In this document: piece by piece, positions 9,007-19,132 of the stretch
How positions within the stretch are numbered: position 1 is the stretch's first letter
Layout: every line of letters begins with the position of its first letter
Assembly (NCBI GenBank): GCA_963761305.1
Contig: CAVXGK010000001.1
Location: forward strand, 544,001 to 608,000
Reading direction: 5' to 3'
DNA: 64,000 nt
From: an uncultured Gemmatimonadaceae bacterium
GTDB lineage: Bacteria; Gemmatimonadota; Gemmatimonadetes; Gemmatimonadales; Gemmatimonadaceae
Position numbers and translations under genes: made by a program
The notes under the pieces: generated by a model
Told to the model about the DNA's origin: nothing
Seen by the model: only the letters and a program-made list of their open reading frames with translations
The model's database searches: none

Positions 9007-10146
9007 CTAGCACTTCCCCGGCTGCGCTTTCGTGTCGACGTGAACGTCGACCGACATGCCGGGGCGCAACGGACGATCGGGTCCAAGGCCTTGCGTGATG
9101 TGGAAGCGCACGGGAATGCGCTGAACGACCTTGGTGAAATTCCCGGTCGCGTTGTCGGGCGGCAGCAGCGCGAACTTCGAGCCCGTCGCCGCGCTCACAC
9201 TCTCGACGCATCCCTTCGCGACGGCGCCGTCGTATGCGTCGACCTGGATCTCCGCCGGCAGTCCGATGCGAAGGTCGCCCAGCTGCGTCTCCTTGAAGTT
9301 CGCCGTGACGAAGATTCCCGTGTCGGCCACGAGCGTGAGGAGGGGCTGTCCTGCTTCGATGAGCTGCCCCGGCTCGACCTGCTTGCGCGACACGATGCCC
9401 GACTCGGGCGAACGCACGCGGGTGTACGTGAGCTGCAGCGCCGCGTTGTCGCGCGCCGCCTGGGCGGCTTGCAGTCGCGCGTCGGCGAGCCGGACGCCGG
9501 CTTCGGCACCGGCGATCGAGCTTCCGGCGGCGGCCGTCTGCTGCTGAAGCGCTTCGACGTTGGCGGTCGCGGACTGCGCGGCGGCGCGGGCGCCGTCGAG
9601 CTGCATCTTCGACACGACCTGCTTGGCGGCAAGATCCTCCGTACGGGCAAGGTCCTGCTTCGCCTGAGTCTCCTTGGCCTTCGCCGCTTGGATCTGCGCG
9701 TCGAGCGACCCACGTTCCCCGGTCGCCTGCTCGACGAGGGAGCGCGCCTGGCCCCCCGACGTCCTGCCGCCCGCCGTCGCGCGCGCCGCTGCGAGATCCG
9801 CATCGGCCTGCGCGAGCTTGACCCGATACTCCTGCGGATCGATCTGCACGAGCAACGAGTCGACTTTGACGTGGTCGTTGTCGCCGGCGTTCACGGCCTC
9901 CACGAAGCCGCTGACTTTCGCCAACACGGGCACGAGATGCCCGTCGACGGCGGCATCGTCGGTGGATTGGTGGGCGCGCCCATAACTCCACTGGCGATAG
10001 CCCCACGTCGCGCCGACGGCGACGAGCGCCAGCACGATGACGAGCAGAATCCAGCGGCGGCTACCGCCCGCTTCCTCGATCTCGGCCATCGGTTCGGAGT
10101 TCGGAGCGCGCTGCTGCGTTGTGTTTTCCTTGACTGCAGTTGCCAT
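9007..10146 (-). CDS. EmrA/HlyD-family efflux periplasmic adaptor
   Basis: STDDA, ANFKETQL, ATGSKFALLPPDNATGNFTKVVQRIPV, LRPGMS. Confidence 0.93.
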   Translation of the reverse strand: MATAVKENTTQQRAPNSEPMAEIEEAGGSRRWILLVIVLALVAVGATWGYRQWSYGRAHQSTDDAAVDGHLVPVLAKVSGFVEAVNAGDNDHVKVDSLLVQIDPQEYRVKLAQADADLAAARATAGGRTSGGQARSLVEQATGERGSLDAQIQAAKAKETQAKQDLARTEDLAAKQVVSKMQLDGARAAAQSATANVEALQQQTAAAGSSIAGAEAGVRLADARLQAAQAARDNAALQLTYTRVRSPESGIVSRKQVEPGQLIEAGQPLLTLVADTGIFVTANFKETQLGDLRIGLPAEIQVDAYDGAVAKGCVESVSAATGSKFALLPPDNATGNFTKVVQRIPVRFHITQGLGPDRPLRPGMSVDVHVDTKAQPGKC

Positions 10147-10167
10147 GGTCGGTCCGTGAAAGATCGG

Positions 10168-11580
10168 TCAGCGAAGTTGAGAAACGATGCCTTGCGCCCG
10201 CGCGAGCGATATGTGCGCGTTTTGGTAGGCTGTGAGCGCATCGATCAGGCCGGTGCGCGCTTGGTTCAACGTGAAAGACGCGGTCACGACGTCGGCGTTA
10301 CCGGACACGCCGGCGCGAAATCGCTCCTGCGCCTGCGCGACCTCCTGCTGAGCGAGGCGTCGATTCTCCCGCGCGGCGTCGATCTGCTCGCGGGCCGACC
10401 CAAGGTCGAGGAGCGCCCCGCGGACGTCGGCGTCGATCTGCTGGCGAAGGTCTCGGCGACGGTTGTCGATTTCGCGAATCGTCGCCGTCTGTTCAGCCTG
10501 TTCGGCATCGCGGTGACCACCCTCGAAGGCGGGCCACGTGAGCTGAACCCCGTACGAATAGGTATTGAGCAGGTGGTTCATTGTCAGCCCGTTGTACCCG
10601 TCGTGGCCGAACACGCCGATCGTGGGCAGACGCCCGGCGTGAATTGCGGCCAGCTGCTGCTCGGCGGCGGCGTACTGGAGATCGAGCGCGCGCACGTCGG
10701 GGCGCATCTTCATCGCGACGTCAGCGGCGGCGGTTTCGTTCTCGACCGCCTCCGTCTCCGGAACTTCGAGCGAGTCGGTGAGCTGGAGCGGACTGTCGAG
10801 GTTGATGTTGAGCGATCGGCGCAGGTCGAGCAGCGCACGGTCGCGGTCGTTGCGCGCCACGATCAGCTGGGCGCGGGACGACGCGAGTTGGGTCTGGGCG
10901 CGCGTCACGTCGAGGGCGACGCCGACGCCGGCCGACAGTTGGTCGCGAGCGATCGACACGAGGTCGGACGCGAGCACCGAATCGGCGGCCCTCGCGCCGA
11001 CGACCGCCTCGGTCCGCAAGGCATGGACGTACATCGCCGCGGCGACCGAAGCAGCCTGCTCCATCGCCGCCGAGACGTCGCCGCCCGCGGCGGTCACGCT
11101 GGACTGCGCCGCCGTGACGCGCGCCTTCGTTCCGGGATCGTATAGCGTTTGCGTAACGCCGCCGCGGAAGTCGAACAGGTTGATCGGTCCGATGATCGAT
11201 CCGTTGGGATCGAAGAGCGGCGCTTGGCCGGGCTCGGTCGGGAAGTGGATGCCGAAGCTGGCGCTGTTGATCGTGACCGACGACCAGTTTGGAACCAGAC
11301 TGACCTGCGGCAGAAGCGCGGAATGCGTCTCGTTCACGCGCGCCCTGGCTTCGTCCACACGATAGCGAGCCGACTGCACGGCCGCGACCTGCGACGCGGC
11401 GAGCCGGGCGGCTTCGCCGATGGAGAGCCGCCGCGGGGTCGGCGCCTGCGGCGGCGGCGTCTGCGGCGATTGCGCGTTCGACACGCGGACCGCGAAGGCG
11501 ACGAGCGCGGTGATCAGCGACAGCACCGCTCCGATCCGGATGGCTTTTGGAGTAGAAGGAAGAGGACTCACGTTCATCAA
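10168..11580 (-). CDS. TolC-family outer membrane efflux protein
   Basis: Signal peptide; OEP repeats ending RFRAGVSGNADV and LARAQG; located between tetR and emrA. Confidence 0.88.
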   Translation of the reverse strand: MMNVSPLPSTPKAIRIGAVLSLITALVAFAVRVSNAQSPQTPPPQAPTPRRLSIGEAARLAASQVAAVQSARYRVDEARARVNETHSALLPQVSLVPNWSSVTINSASFGIHFPTEPGQAPLFDPNGSIIGPINLFDFRGGVTQTLYDPGTKARVTAAQSSVTAAGGDVSAAMEQAASVAAAMYVHALRTEAVVGARAADSVLASDLVSIARDQLSAGVGVALDVTRAQTQLASSRAQLIVARNDRDRALLDLRRSLNINLDSPLQLTDSLEVPETEAVENETAAADVAMKMRPDVRALDLQYAAAEQQLAAIHAGRLPTIGVFGHDGYNGLTMNHLLNTYSYGVQLTWPAFEGGHRDAEQAEQTATIREIDNRRRDLRQQIDADVRGALLDLGSAREQIDAARENRRLAQQEVAQAQERFRAGVSGNADVVTASFTLNQARTGLIDALTAYQNAHISLARAQGIVSQLR

Positions 11581-11590
11581 TTCGTATGAA

Positions 11591-12265
11591 TCACGTTGAG
11601 GCGGACACCGCGTCGCCCGGCAGCGGACGAATCGCGTGGAGGTAGAATGTCGTCAGCTCGTCGAGAATTTCGTCGTCCGACTTGGACGCCACCGACGAGA
11701 ACAGGTCGCGGTGCGTGCACCACAGCCCGTGGATGACGAACGGCGCGGCGATCATGCGCGCGGCGATGAGTGGATCGACGCGGCGAAACTCGCCGGATTC
11801 GACGCCGCGTTCGATGATCGATGCGATCAACCGGAGACGGCGCGAGACGACTTCCTCGGCGTAGAAGCGCGCGAGGTCGGGAAAGTTCTGGATTTCGGCG
11901 TGGATCAGGCGAAAGAGCGGGCCGAACTTCGCCGACCGGATGAAGATCCAGTAGGCGCGCAGCGAACGTTTCAGCGCGTCGCTGGCCGAGCCGGCCATGG
12001 CGCTGATTTCCTGCTCGCTCGTCTCGATGTTGCTCACCACCGTATTTCGCACGACTTCGCGAAACAGCTCTTCCTTGTTGGGGAAGTAGAGATAGATGGT
12101 GCCCTTGGAGAGTCCGGCGCGCTTGGCAATGTCGTCGAGCCGGGAGACGGCCAGCCCGCGCTCTCCAAACACCTCGAGAGCAGCCTCGAGGATCTGCTTG
12201 GGGCGCTCTTCGGGGAGCCGCCGCCAGCGTGGCTCCTGATGAGGAATAGCGCGAGATGCTTCCAC
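11591..12265 (-). CDS. TetR/AcrR-family transcriptional regulator
   Basis: N-terminal HTH IAKRAGLSKGTIYLYFPNKEELF. Confidence 0.93.
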   Translation of the reverse strand: MEASRAIPHQEPRWRRLPEERPKQILEAALEVFGERGLAVSRLDDIAKRAGLSKGTIYLYFPNKEELFREVVRNTVVSNIETSEQEISAMAGSASDALKRSLRAYWIFIRSAKFGPLFRLIHAEIQNFPDLARFYAEEVVSRRLRLIASIIERGVESGEFRRVDPLIAARMIAAPFVIHGLWCTHRDLFSSVASKSDDEILDELTTFYLHAIRPLPGDAVSAST

Positions 12266-12326
12266 GTCGGGTATCGCCCTACAGAGCTAAGCTCTTGTAT
12301 TCAATGGAGTTGGAAAAATCGCTATA

Positions 12327-12370
12327 TAACTGACCCGTCAGTAATATAGTCGGTCAGTTACTCGACACAA
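12327..12370 (-). promoter_or_regulatory. Promoter with overlapping palindromic TetR operator(s)
   Basis: Minus strand TTGTGT-N16-TATATT; near-palindrome TAACTGAC-CC-GTCAGTAA (12327-12344) and a second half-site GGTCAGTTA (12352-12360). Confidence 0.7.
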
Positions 12371-12390
12371 GCGGGGCTCGGTTCCCCTCC

Positions 12391-13800
12391 CTACGGTTCG
12401 CGGACGAATTCGATTCCGCGCGCCCGGCCGTTGTCGAGCGTGAACGACGGCACCGCACCCGGCGAACCAAACCGCAGCGAATAGCCGCGCGTCCGGAACA
12501 CCTCGGGCTGCGTCGCGCGCAGCGTATCGACCTCGCCGCGCGGCCGGTGCACGATCAGCTCGCTCGGCGACGCGACGACATCGTACGTCGCGTTCAACTC
12601 GGCGGAGCGATATCGCCCGGCGAGCGACGCGAGGTCCCGTGCGGGCACGGAGAACGAAGCACCCGCTTGTTGCGCCGCCGACGCGCGCGCCACAGCCGGC
12701 ACGGGCTTCGTGAATCGAGTCGCCAGCACGATGTCCGCCACGCGGTGCGACAGTCCGCCCGCGTCGGCCGTCGTCGCGTTGCAGAGCGTCACCATCGTCG
12801 TGTGCTCGCCAGGAAACCGGAGGATGTCAGTCCGGTAGCCGCCGGTCGAGCCGGTGTGGTCGACCGTCGGCACGCCGCGGTATTCGCCAATCTCCAGGCC
12901 GAACGCGTAGGCGAGCGTCGTGCCGTCGGCGAGCTTGCCGCGCGTGAGCTGGCGCGCCAGGAACGACGGTCCGCCGACGCGCCCCGTATAAAAATTCTCA
13001 TCCCACTTCTGCAAGTCCTCGACCGTCGTCATCACGCCGCCCTGACCGACGATGTCGTTGTTCCAGACGTCGATGCGCCACGCGTCCGGCCTGCCGGCGG
13101 CCGGCGTGTACGCCATCGCGCGCCCCCGCACCGGCTCATTGTGGTCGTCGTGATAGTGCGAATCCGACATGCCGAGCGGCGTGAAAATCTCCTTCGCGGC
13201 GAACTGCCGCAGCGTCATGCCCGTCACCCGCTGCACGACCACGCCCAGCAGGACATAGCCCGTGTTGCTGTAGTTGTATTCCGTGCCCGGCGTGAAGTTG
13301 AGGTGGCGCTGCCGCGCCGCGAGCGTGACGACGTCGGCCACCGTGTAGCCGTCGTCGAACCGCATGCCGGCCGCGTCGACGAGCGCCCAGAAGTCCCGAA
13401 CGCCGCTCGTGTGATGCACCAGCTCGTCGATCGTCACCCGCTGGCCGTAGTCCGGCAACTCCGTCACGTACTTCCGAACGTCGTCGTCGAGCGAGACCCT
13501 GCCGCGCTCCACGAGCAACGCAATCGCCGCCGCCGTGAACTGCTTGGATACCGAGCCCATGATGAACGGCGTGCGCGGCGTGATCGGAATTCCGTATTCC
13601 ATGTTCGCCGAGCCGTAGCCGTGCTCGTACGCGATGTGCCCGTTCTGGAAGACGCCGAGCGCGCAACCGGGTCCGTCGGTCTTGAATCGCGAAAACACCG
13701 AGTCGACGCGCCGCGCCGTCGCGTCGGAAATCGTCTGGGCCACCGACGACGACACGGCAACGAACGCGAGGGAAAGCGCGAGGGCGATTCGTTTCGTCAT
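12391..13800 (-). CDS. Serine hydrolase, beta-lactamase class C/AmpC-like family, secreted
   Basis: SxxK (GSVSKQF), YxN (YNYSNTGY), HTG motif; signal peptide from MTKRIAL. Confidence 0.88.
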   Translation of the reverse strand: MTKRIALALSLAFVAVSSSVAQTISDATARRVDSVFSRFKTDGPGCALGVFQNGHIAYEHGYGSANMEYGIPITPRTPFIMGSVSKQFTAAAIALLVERGRVSLDDDVRKYVTELPDYGQRVTIDELVHHTSGVRDFWALVDAAGMRFDDGYTVADVVTLAARQRHLNFTPGTEYNYSNTGYVLLGVVVQRVTGMTLRQFAAKEIFTPLGMSDSHYHDDHNEPVRGRAMAYTPAAGRPDAWRIDVWNNDIVGQGGVMTTVEDLQKWDENFYTGRVGGPSFLARQLTRGKLADGTTLAYAFGLEIGEYRGVPTVDHTGSTGGYRTDILRFPGEHTTMVTLCNATTADAGGLSHRVADIVLATRFTKPVPAVARASAAQQAGASFSVPARDLASLAGRYRSAELNATYDVVASPSELIVHRPRGEVDTLRATQPEVFRTRGYSLRFGSPGAVPSFTLDNGRARGIEFVREP

Positions 13801-13825
13801 GCGACCGCTCCGCACAGGGGAGCCG

Positions 13826-14467
13826 CTAGTCGGCCGGTTTGGCCGGATTCAACCAATCGTAAGCCGACGACACGTCGGCCCGCGTGAGCGCGTGTCCCGC
13901 CGGTTGCCAGTTGAGCGTCACGTCCGCGCCAAGCACGCGCAGCATCTCGGCGAGCCGCTCCGGATGCAGCCGCGACACGATCGGGTCCGATTCGCCGGCG
14001 CCGATGTACACGCGGTGTCCCTCGAGCGACGCCGGCGACTGCGGCACGAACGGGACCATGGGCCGGAACAGCACGGCGCTGTTCAGCGTCTTCGGCGACG
14101 AGAGGAGCACGCTCCCCGCGATGTTCGCGCCGTTCGAGAAACCCACGGCGACGACGAGCGACGGGTCGAAGTGGTACTGCCCGGCCGCTCCCTCGACGAA
14201 CGCGACGAGATCCTTCGTGCGGCCGTGCAAATCGTCGATGTCGAAGACGCCCTCGGCCAGCCGCTTGAAGAAGCGCGCGGCGCCGTTCTCGTTCACGGTG
14301 CCGCGAGGACTGAGAATGCCCGCGTCGGGCGCGAGCATCTGGCCGAGTGGGATCAGGTCGTTCTCGTCGCCGCCCGTGCCGTGCAGCAAAAGCAGCGTGC
14401 GCGGATCGTCGCCGCTCGGCGGCAAATAGCGGTGCACGTAACCGAAGGCCTGCGCGCTAGTATTCAT
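13826..14467 (-). CDS. Alpha/beta hydrolase (phospholipase/carboxylesterase, MhqD-like)
   Basis: LLLLHGTGGDE, GFSNGA nucleophile elbow, GHAL; start set at MNTSAQ. Confidence 0.88.
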   Translation of the reverse strand: MNTSAQAFGYVHRYLPPSGDDPRTLLLLHGTGGDENDLIPLGQMLAPDAGILSPRGTVNENGAARFFKRLAEGVFDIDDLHGRTKDLVAFVEGAAGQYHFDPSLVVAVGFSNGANIAGSVLLSSPKTLNSAVLFRPMVPFVPQSPASLEGHRVYIGAGESDPIVSRLHPERLAEMLRVLGADVTLNWQPAGHALTRADVSSAYDWLNPAKPAD

Positions 14468-14494
14468 CAACGGATAAATGTAGCCCCGACGATC

Positions 14495-14893
14495 ATGGCC
14501 GACGACTCCAACTCCGTCCGCGTCGACAAATGGCTCTGGGCGGCGCGGTTCTTCAAGACCCGCTCCCTGGCGACGGAGGCCGTCGCCGGCGGCAAGGTCG
14601 AGGTGAACGGCGACCGGGCCAAACCCGCCAAGACCGTGAAGCCGGGCGACGAGATCCGCGTGCGGCTCGCGCCGTATGAGCATGTTCTCATCGTACGCGC
14701 GCTCGGCGAGCGGCGCGGCCCGGCATCGGTGGCGCAGACGCTGTATGAGGAGACGGCGGAGAGCGCCGCCGAACGCCAGCGGCTGGCCGAACAACTTCGC
14801 CTGGCGCCGGCGGCGTTCGTGTACGAGGAACGCGGACGGCCCACCAAGAAGGACCGGCGCGATCTGTCGAAGTTCAGGGAGCGCAAACGCTGA
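14495..14893 (+). CDS. hslR: Ribosome-associated heat shock protein Hsp15 (S4 domain)
   Basis: VRVDKWLWAARFFKTRSLA, RRGPA..A..LYEET, GRPTKKDRR; 3' part of ORF 13634..14893. Confidence 0.92.
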   Translation: MADDSNSVRVDKWLWAARFFKTRSLATEAVAGGKVEVNGDRAKPAKTVKPGDEIRVRLAPYEHVLIVRALGERRGPASVAQTLYEETAESAAERQRLAEQLRLAPAAFVYEERGRPTKKDRRDLSKFRERKR

Positions 14894-14903
14894 TCCGTCG
14901 CGC

Positions 14904-15593
14904 TCAGGCGCCCGCCAACTGACGGAGCGTCGCGCGGCTCACCGCGTGTCCGCCCTCGAACCGCACGACCGAAGCCGTGATTCCGGCGCGGGCCAGTCGC
15001 GCGACGTCTGCCTCCAGCGCGGCGTCGGACACGTAGTGGTCGCGTGATCCGATCACGAACGTCAGCGGCACGCCTCGCAACGAGAGCGGGCCGCGCGACA
15101 GGTCGGCGTCCGGCGGCACGAGTCCGCCCCAGAGAATGAGCCGCGTCGCGGGGACGCGGCCGTGCGCCAGCCATCGCGAGGCCGTCGCCGCCCCCTGCGA
15201 GAAGCCGACGACGTTGATGCGCGCGCCCGGCGGCATGCTGCCGCCGTTCACCGCGTCGAACACGCTGTCGAGGTACGCGACGTAGTCGGCGACCTCCGAG
15301 GCGCGGTCCTCGCGCGTCATCCACGTGGCGCCGACGGGCCGGTCACGCGACGGCGCGACATCGGCGCTCACCGAATAGAACCGGTTCATCGCCTCCGGCG
15401 CGACGACCAGCGTGTCGTCCGAGGCGAGATCGGCGAAATAGCGAATGAAGTCGCCGGCGAGCTGGCCGTAGCCGTGGAGCACGAACCACAGCGACGTCGG
15501 CGCAACGTCGGGGCGTCCGCCGAGCGTGTAGTAGCGCGCGGTGCGCTGGACGCGAATGTGGTGAGCGTGAGGCGCCGGAGGTCGATCCGTCAC
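14904..15593 (-). CDS. Alpha/beta hydrolase (predicted esterase)
   Basis: LHGYGQ, VGATWMTREDR, GFSQG, FEGGH. Confidence 0.85.
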   Translation of the reverse strand: MTDRPPAPHAHHIRVQRTARYYTLGGRPDVAPTSLWFVLHGYGQLAGDFIRYFADLASDDTLVVAPEAMNRFYSVSADVAPSRDRPVGATWMTREDRASEVADYVAYLDSVFDAVNGGSMPPGARINVVGFSQGAATASRWLAHGRVPATRLILWGGLVPPDADLSRGPLSLRGVPLTFVIGSRDHYVSDAALEADVARLARAGITASVVRFEGGHAVSRATLRQLAGA

Positions 15594-15648
15594 GCCTCCA
15601 AGCTACAGCGGTCGGCGGTCCCACAAGCGGACCGCCGACCGGGCGAGC

Positions 15649-17229
15649 CTACTTGCCCGCGGCCGACGACGCACCCGCGGCGAGGAGCTGCGCCTGCGTC
15701 GCGTTGTGCTCGAGCAGCTCGATCGCCTTTGACAACTGGTGATCTTCGCCGACGTTGCGCGCCTTTGCCGCCGCGTCGCCGAATGTCAGGCGCTCGACGC
15801 GATTCGCGAGGTCGCGCGTGAGGTACGTCCGCTCGGCCGTTTGATACTTCGGCTCGAGCTTCACGTTCGCCGCGTTCAAGCGCGTCATCAGCTGTGTGCT
15901 CCACGCGGCGGGAACCGTGAAGTCCTTCGCGACGCTTCCTTTCAGCTCGAGGGCGTAGCTCAGCAGCACCGAGTTGATCGCCTGGCGTTGCGGCGTCGCG
16001 GCGCGAATGAAGTCGCGCTCGTCCGTGGTGAGCGTGTCGTCCGCCACCAGGACGTCGGGACGGATGCCGCCGCCACCGTACACGACGCGCCCGCCGTCCG
16101 ACTTGAACATGGGCCGCTTGGTCGTGTCGGCGCCGAGCGAATCCGGATGCACCTCGACCAGCGTCCCGTTCGCGAGCAGCTCGCGGTCGCGATGGATGGA
16201 GCGGCCGCTCGGCGTGTACCACTTGCCGGTGGTGATCTTGAGATGGTAGCCGCCGTTCAGCTGATACACCGACTGCACGAGTCCTTTGCCGAACGACGTC
16301 GCGCCGACGACGAGCGCGCGGTCGTGATCCTGGAGCGCGCCGGCGACGATTTCCGTCGCCGAGGCCGAGCCTTCGTCCACCAGCACGATGAGCGGCACGG
16401 TGAGGGCGAGATGCCGGCCGCCTGATTTCAGGACTTCGGTCGCCTGGTTGCGCGAATGCACGCTGGCGATCTCCTGGCCGTCGCGCAGGAAGAGACTCGC
16501 CGTCTTGAGCGCCTGGTCGACGATGCCGCCGCCGTTGTCGCGCATGTCGAGCACGATGCCCTTGGCGCCCTGGTCGACGAGGTGGGTGATCGCGTCGGCG
16601 GCTTCGTCGGCCGCGTTTTCGTTGAACGTCTGCAGCGGGATGTAGCCGATGTGGTCACCGAGAATTCCGCTGTACGCGACCGCGGGCACGTGCACGACGC
16701 GCCGCGTGAAGCGGAGCTTGATCGGCTCGGCCACGCCGGGGCGCGTGTAGGTCACCGACACCTGTGAACCCGGCTCGCCGCGGAGCAGCGGAGAAACCTT
16801 TGTGACGTCGACGTTCGTGGTCGATACGGAATCGACGGCGATGACGCGATCGCCTTCACGCACACCCGCCTCTTCGGCCGGCGTGTTCGGGAACACCCGG
16901 TCCACGATGATGACGCCGCGCCCCTGATCGGTGAGGAGCATTCCGGTGCCGCCATAGCGTCCACCGGTCGAGCGCTCGAACGACTCGGATTCCTGGGGGG
17001 AAAGGAGCTCGCTGTATGGATCGTTCAGCTCTTTCACCAGGCCGCGCGCCGCCTTCTCGTAGCTCGCGCCGACGGGGATCGAATCGACGTACTGATTTCG
17101 CACCAGCGTCATGACCTGGTCGAACAGGGCGGCGTTGGCCCGCGTCGGCGATTCCTGCAAGAAAAATCCGCCGGCGACGACGGGGATGACGAGCAGCGTA
17201 GCCGCGGCCGCGGTGCGAAAACGTGGCAT
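15649..17229 (-). CDS. S41A carboxy-terminal processing protease (CtpA/Prc-like) with PDZ domain
   Basis: LNDPYS, DMRDNGGG, SASATEIVAGALQDHDRA, SFGKGLVQ, KWYTPSGRSI. Confidence 0.93.
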   Translation of the reverse strand: MPRFRTAAAATLLVIPVVAGGFFLQESPTRANAALFDQVMTLVRNQYVDSIPVGASYEKAARGLVKELNDPYSELLSPQESESFERSTGGRYGGTGMLLTDQGRGVIIVDRVFPNTPAEEAGVREGDRVIAVDSVSTTNVDVTKVSPLLRGEPGSQVSVTYTRPGVAEPIKLRFTRRVVHVPAVAYSGILGDHIGYIPLQTFNENAADEAADAITHLVDQGAKGIVLDMRDNGGGIVDQALKTASLFLRDGQEIASVHSRNQATEVLKSGGRHLALTVPLIVLVDEGSASATEIVAGALQDHDRALVVGATSFGKGLVQSVYQLNGGYHLKITTGKWYTPSGRSIHRDRELLANGTLVEVHPDSLGADTTKRPMFKSDGGRVVYGGGGIRPDVLVADDTLTTDERDFIRAATPQRQAINSVLLSYALELKGSVAKDFTVPAAWSTQLMTRLNAANVKLEPKYQTAERTYLTRDLANRVERLTFGDAAAKARNVGEDHQLSKAIELLEHNATQAQLLAAGASSAAGK

Positions 17230-17292
17230 CAAGAAAACCTACAAAAAAAGGGACTTCGGGGAGAGGCGGAGGCGGGACTTACGAGTACCGGC

Positions 17293-17667
17293 TTACGAGT
17301 TCGGCGTGTTGCTATTACCCCGGGCCGACGCAACATGGTCCGAGCACTGGCGGCGAATTTTCTTCGTCGACGCAGGTGCTTTCGGCGCGTGACCCGTGGC
17401 GTAGAGCACGCGACCTCGCTCGGCTCGGACGTCGTGGTGCTGTTCGAGCAGTGAATCGAGACGGTTCGGCGTGCTCGAGGCGATCGAGGACGAACTGGGT
17501 ACGGGCAGCACACCCGCGTACCGATTGGTCGACGCGGTGCCCCCCGGCCCGCCGCCGCCCGCTTTGCGCATCGGATCAGTCGGGTGCACGCTGCCGATGA
17601 GCAGCGCCAAGGGCATCACCGACGCAACGGAGAGTCGCCGTCTGAGCCGCTCGATCGACCACATCAT
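17293..17667 (-). CDS. Hypothetical small protein
   Basis: Part of ORF 17293..17730 with a hydrophobic N-terminal stretch; fills the gap; no family recognised and strand uncertain. Confidence 0.3.
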   Translation of the reverse strand: MMWSIERLRRRLSVASVMPLALLIGSVHPTDPMRKAGGGGPGGTASTNRYAGVLPVPSSSSIASSTPNRLDSLLEQHHDVRAERGRVLYATGHAPKAPASTKKIRRQCSDHVASARGNSNTPNS

Positions 17668-17836
17668 CAGCCACACTCCGCGAGAGATTCCTGCCCTATT
17701 GAGAGTAAGATTCGTCGACGAGAATGTCAACGAATTCAGCCGCGATCCGACACTCCTTTGACACGGCGTAAGCGATTGGCGTCGCGTCCCTTACGAATCG
17801 CGAACAACTCCCGTAAACAGAGCCGGCAAGCTCGGC

Positions 17837-19132
17837 CTAACGGCCCACGGCGCCCAGTTTCCAGATCCCGTTCAGCATGTCGGAGGCGTATACGACGCCG
17901 CCCTGGAACTGTACGCCCCATACGTATACGGGCTTGTTCTGATTCAAGAGACCGACGGCCATTTCGCGGCCCATCAGCCTGAGGTCGCAGCGCGTGATCT
18001 GCGGACCCGCGGTCGTGAGCGTCTGATTCGCCGGGCAGGTTCCGAGGTCCCCGCGAACGTCGAGCGCCCTGACGCCGGCGTTGTAGTAGGCGGCGTACAG
18101 GATCCCGTTCGCCTCGTCGACCGAGAAGTTGTGCGTTCCCGCGCCGTCGACGTGATAGAACGCGACCTCTTTCGGCTGCGACGGATCGCTCACGTCGACG
18201 ACGTGAATGTCGCCGGACGATGAGCTGCCGACCGCCCCCGGCCCTTCCTGCCCGACGAACGCGAAGTGCTTTCCGCCATTCGGGTCGTGGTACCACCAGA
18301 CGTTGTGCACTTCCCCACCGACCGTCTTGACGCCACCGAGCACCACCGGACTGCTCGGCGACGCACCGGTGCCGCAGCCGCCGATGTCCCAGATCTCGAG
18401 TCCATCATCCCACAGGGCAACGAACAGCAAACCGTCGCGGACGAACGTGTCGTGGACGTACGGGTTGCCGGTGACCTTGGTGTACACCTCGCGCGGCGAC
18501 GCCGGGGTGCTGAGATCCACGATGACCAGCCGCGCCGGCGTCGAGTTGATCGGATCGATCGACAGGAAGCCATAGAGCACTCCGTTGACGCGCCCGATTT
18601 CGGCCGTGTGCACTCCGGGATCCGTGTCGGCGTTGTGAAAGCGCGAGATCTGCGTCGGGTGTTTCGGGTCGGACAGATCGAAGATCACGATCGCTCCGCC
18701 CGTGCGTTCAGTCGCGACGACCAGCAGTGAACCGTCGTCCGACACCGCGACGTCGCCGAGCGTGGAGGCGCCGTCAACGGTGATGGTGTCGATCAGTTGC
18801 GGGACGTTGCCGCTCACGTCCCACACATTGATCCGGTTGCCCGCGTTGGCGCCGCGAAAGCTCCACGTCGTCGTGTACGCGATCGTGCCGCGTGCGGTGA
18901 CCTCGGCCTGGTAGCGGGCGGTGTCCACGCCCGCGCCGAGGACGGGCATCGTCTTCAACTGGGGAATCGAGAGCGAGAGCGGCGCGGGCGCCGGCCCGAC
19001 GTCGATGCCGGGGCAGGACGTGGGATTGTGCGGCGTCACCACCGCCTGCACGGAATCGCTGCCGCACGCCACGACCTGCAACGCGAGCAGCGCGGCGCCG
19101 GCCACGGCCAGCGCGCGCGTCACGGTTGGCAT
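17837..19132 (-). CDS. LVIVD-repeat beta-propeller lipoprotein
   Basis: Lipobox VVAC; repeats IVIFDLSDPKHP, LVIVDLSTPASP, IHVVDVSDPSQP; start MPTVTR overlaps the upstream gene end. Confidence 0.8.
   Translation of the reverse strand: MPTVTRALAVAGAALLALQVVACGSDSVQAVVTPHNPTSCPGIDVGPAPAPLSLSIPQLKTMPVLGAGVDTARYQAEVTARGTIAYTTTWSFRGANAGNRINVWDVSGNVPQLIDTITVDGASTLGDVAVSDDGSLLVVATERTGGAIVIFDLSDPKHPTQISRFHNADTDPGVHTAEIGRVNGVLYGFLSIDPINSTPARLVIVDLSTPASPREVYTKVTGNPYVHDTFVRDGLLFVALWDDGLEIWDIGGCGTGASPSSPVVLGGVKTVGGEVHNVWWYHDPNGGKHFAFVGQEGPGAVGSSSSGDIHVVDVSDPSQPKEVAFYHVDGAGTHNFSVDEANGILYAAYYNAGVRALDVRGDLGTCPANQTLTTAGPQITRCDLRLMGREMAVGLLNQNKPVYVWGVQFQGGVVYASDMLNGIWKLGAVGR

Noticed and set aside
17471..17761. 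Plus-strand 96-aa ORF
   Set aside because: Mirror frame of the minus-strand hypothetical ORF; no RBS or motif to prefer it
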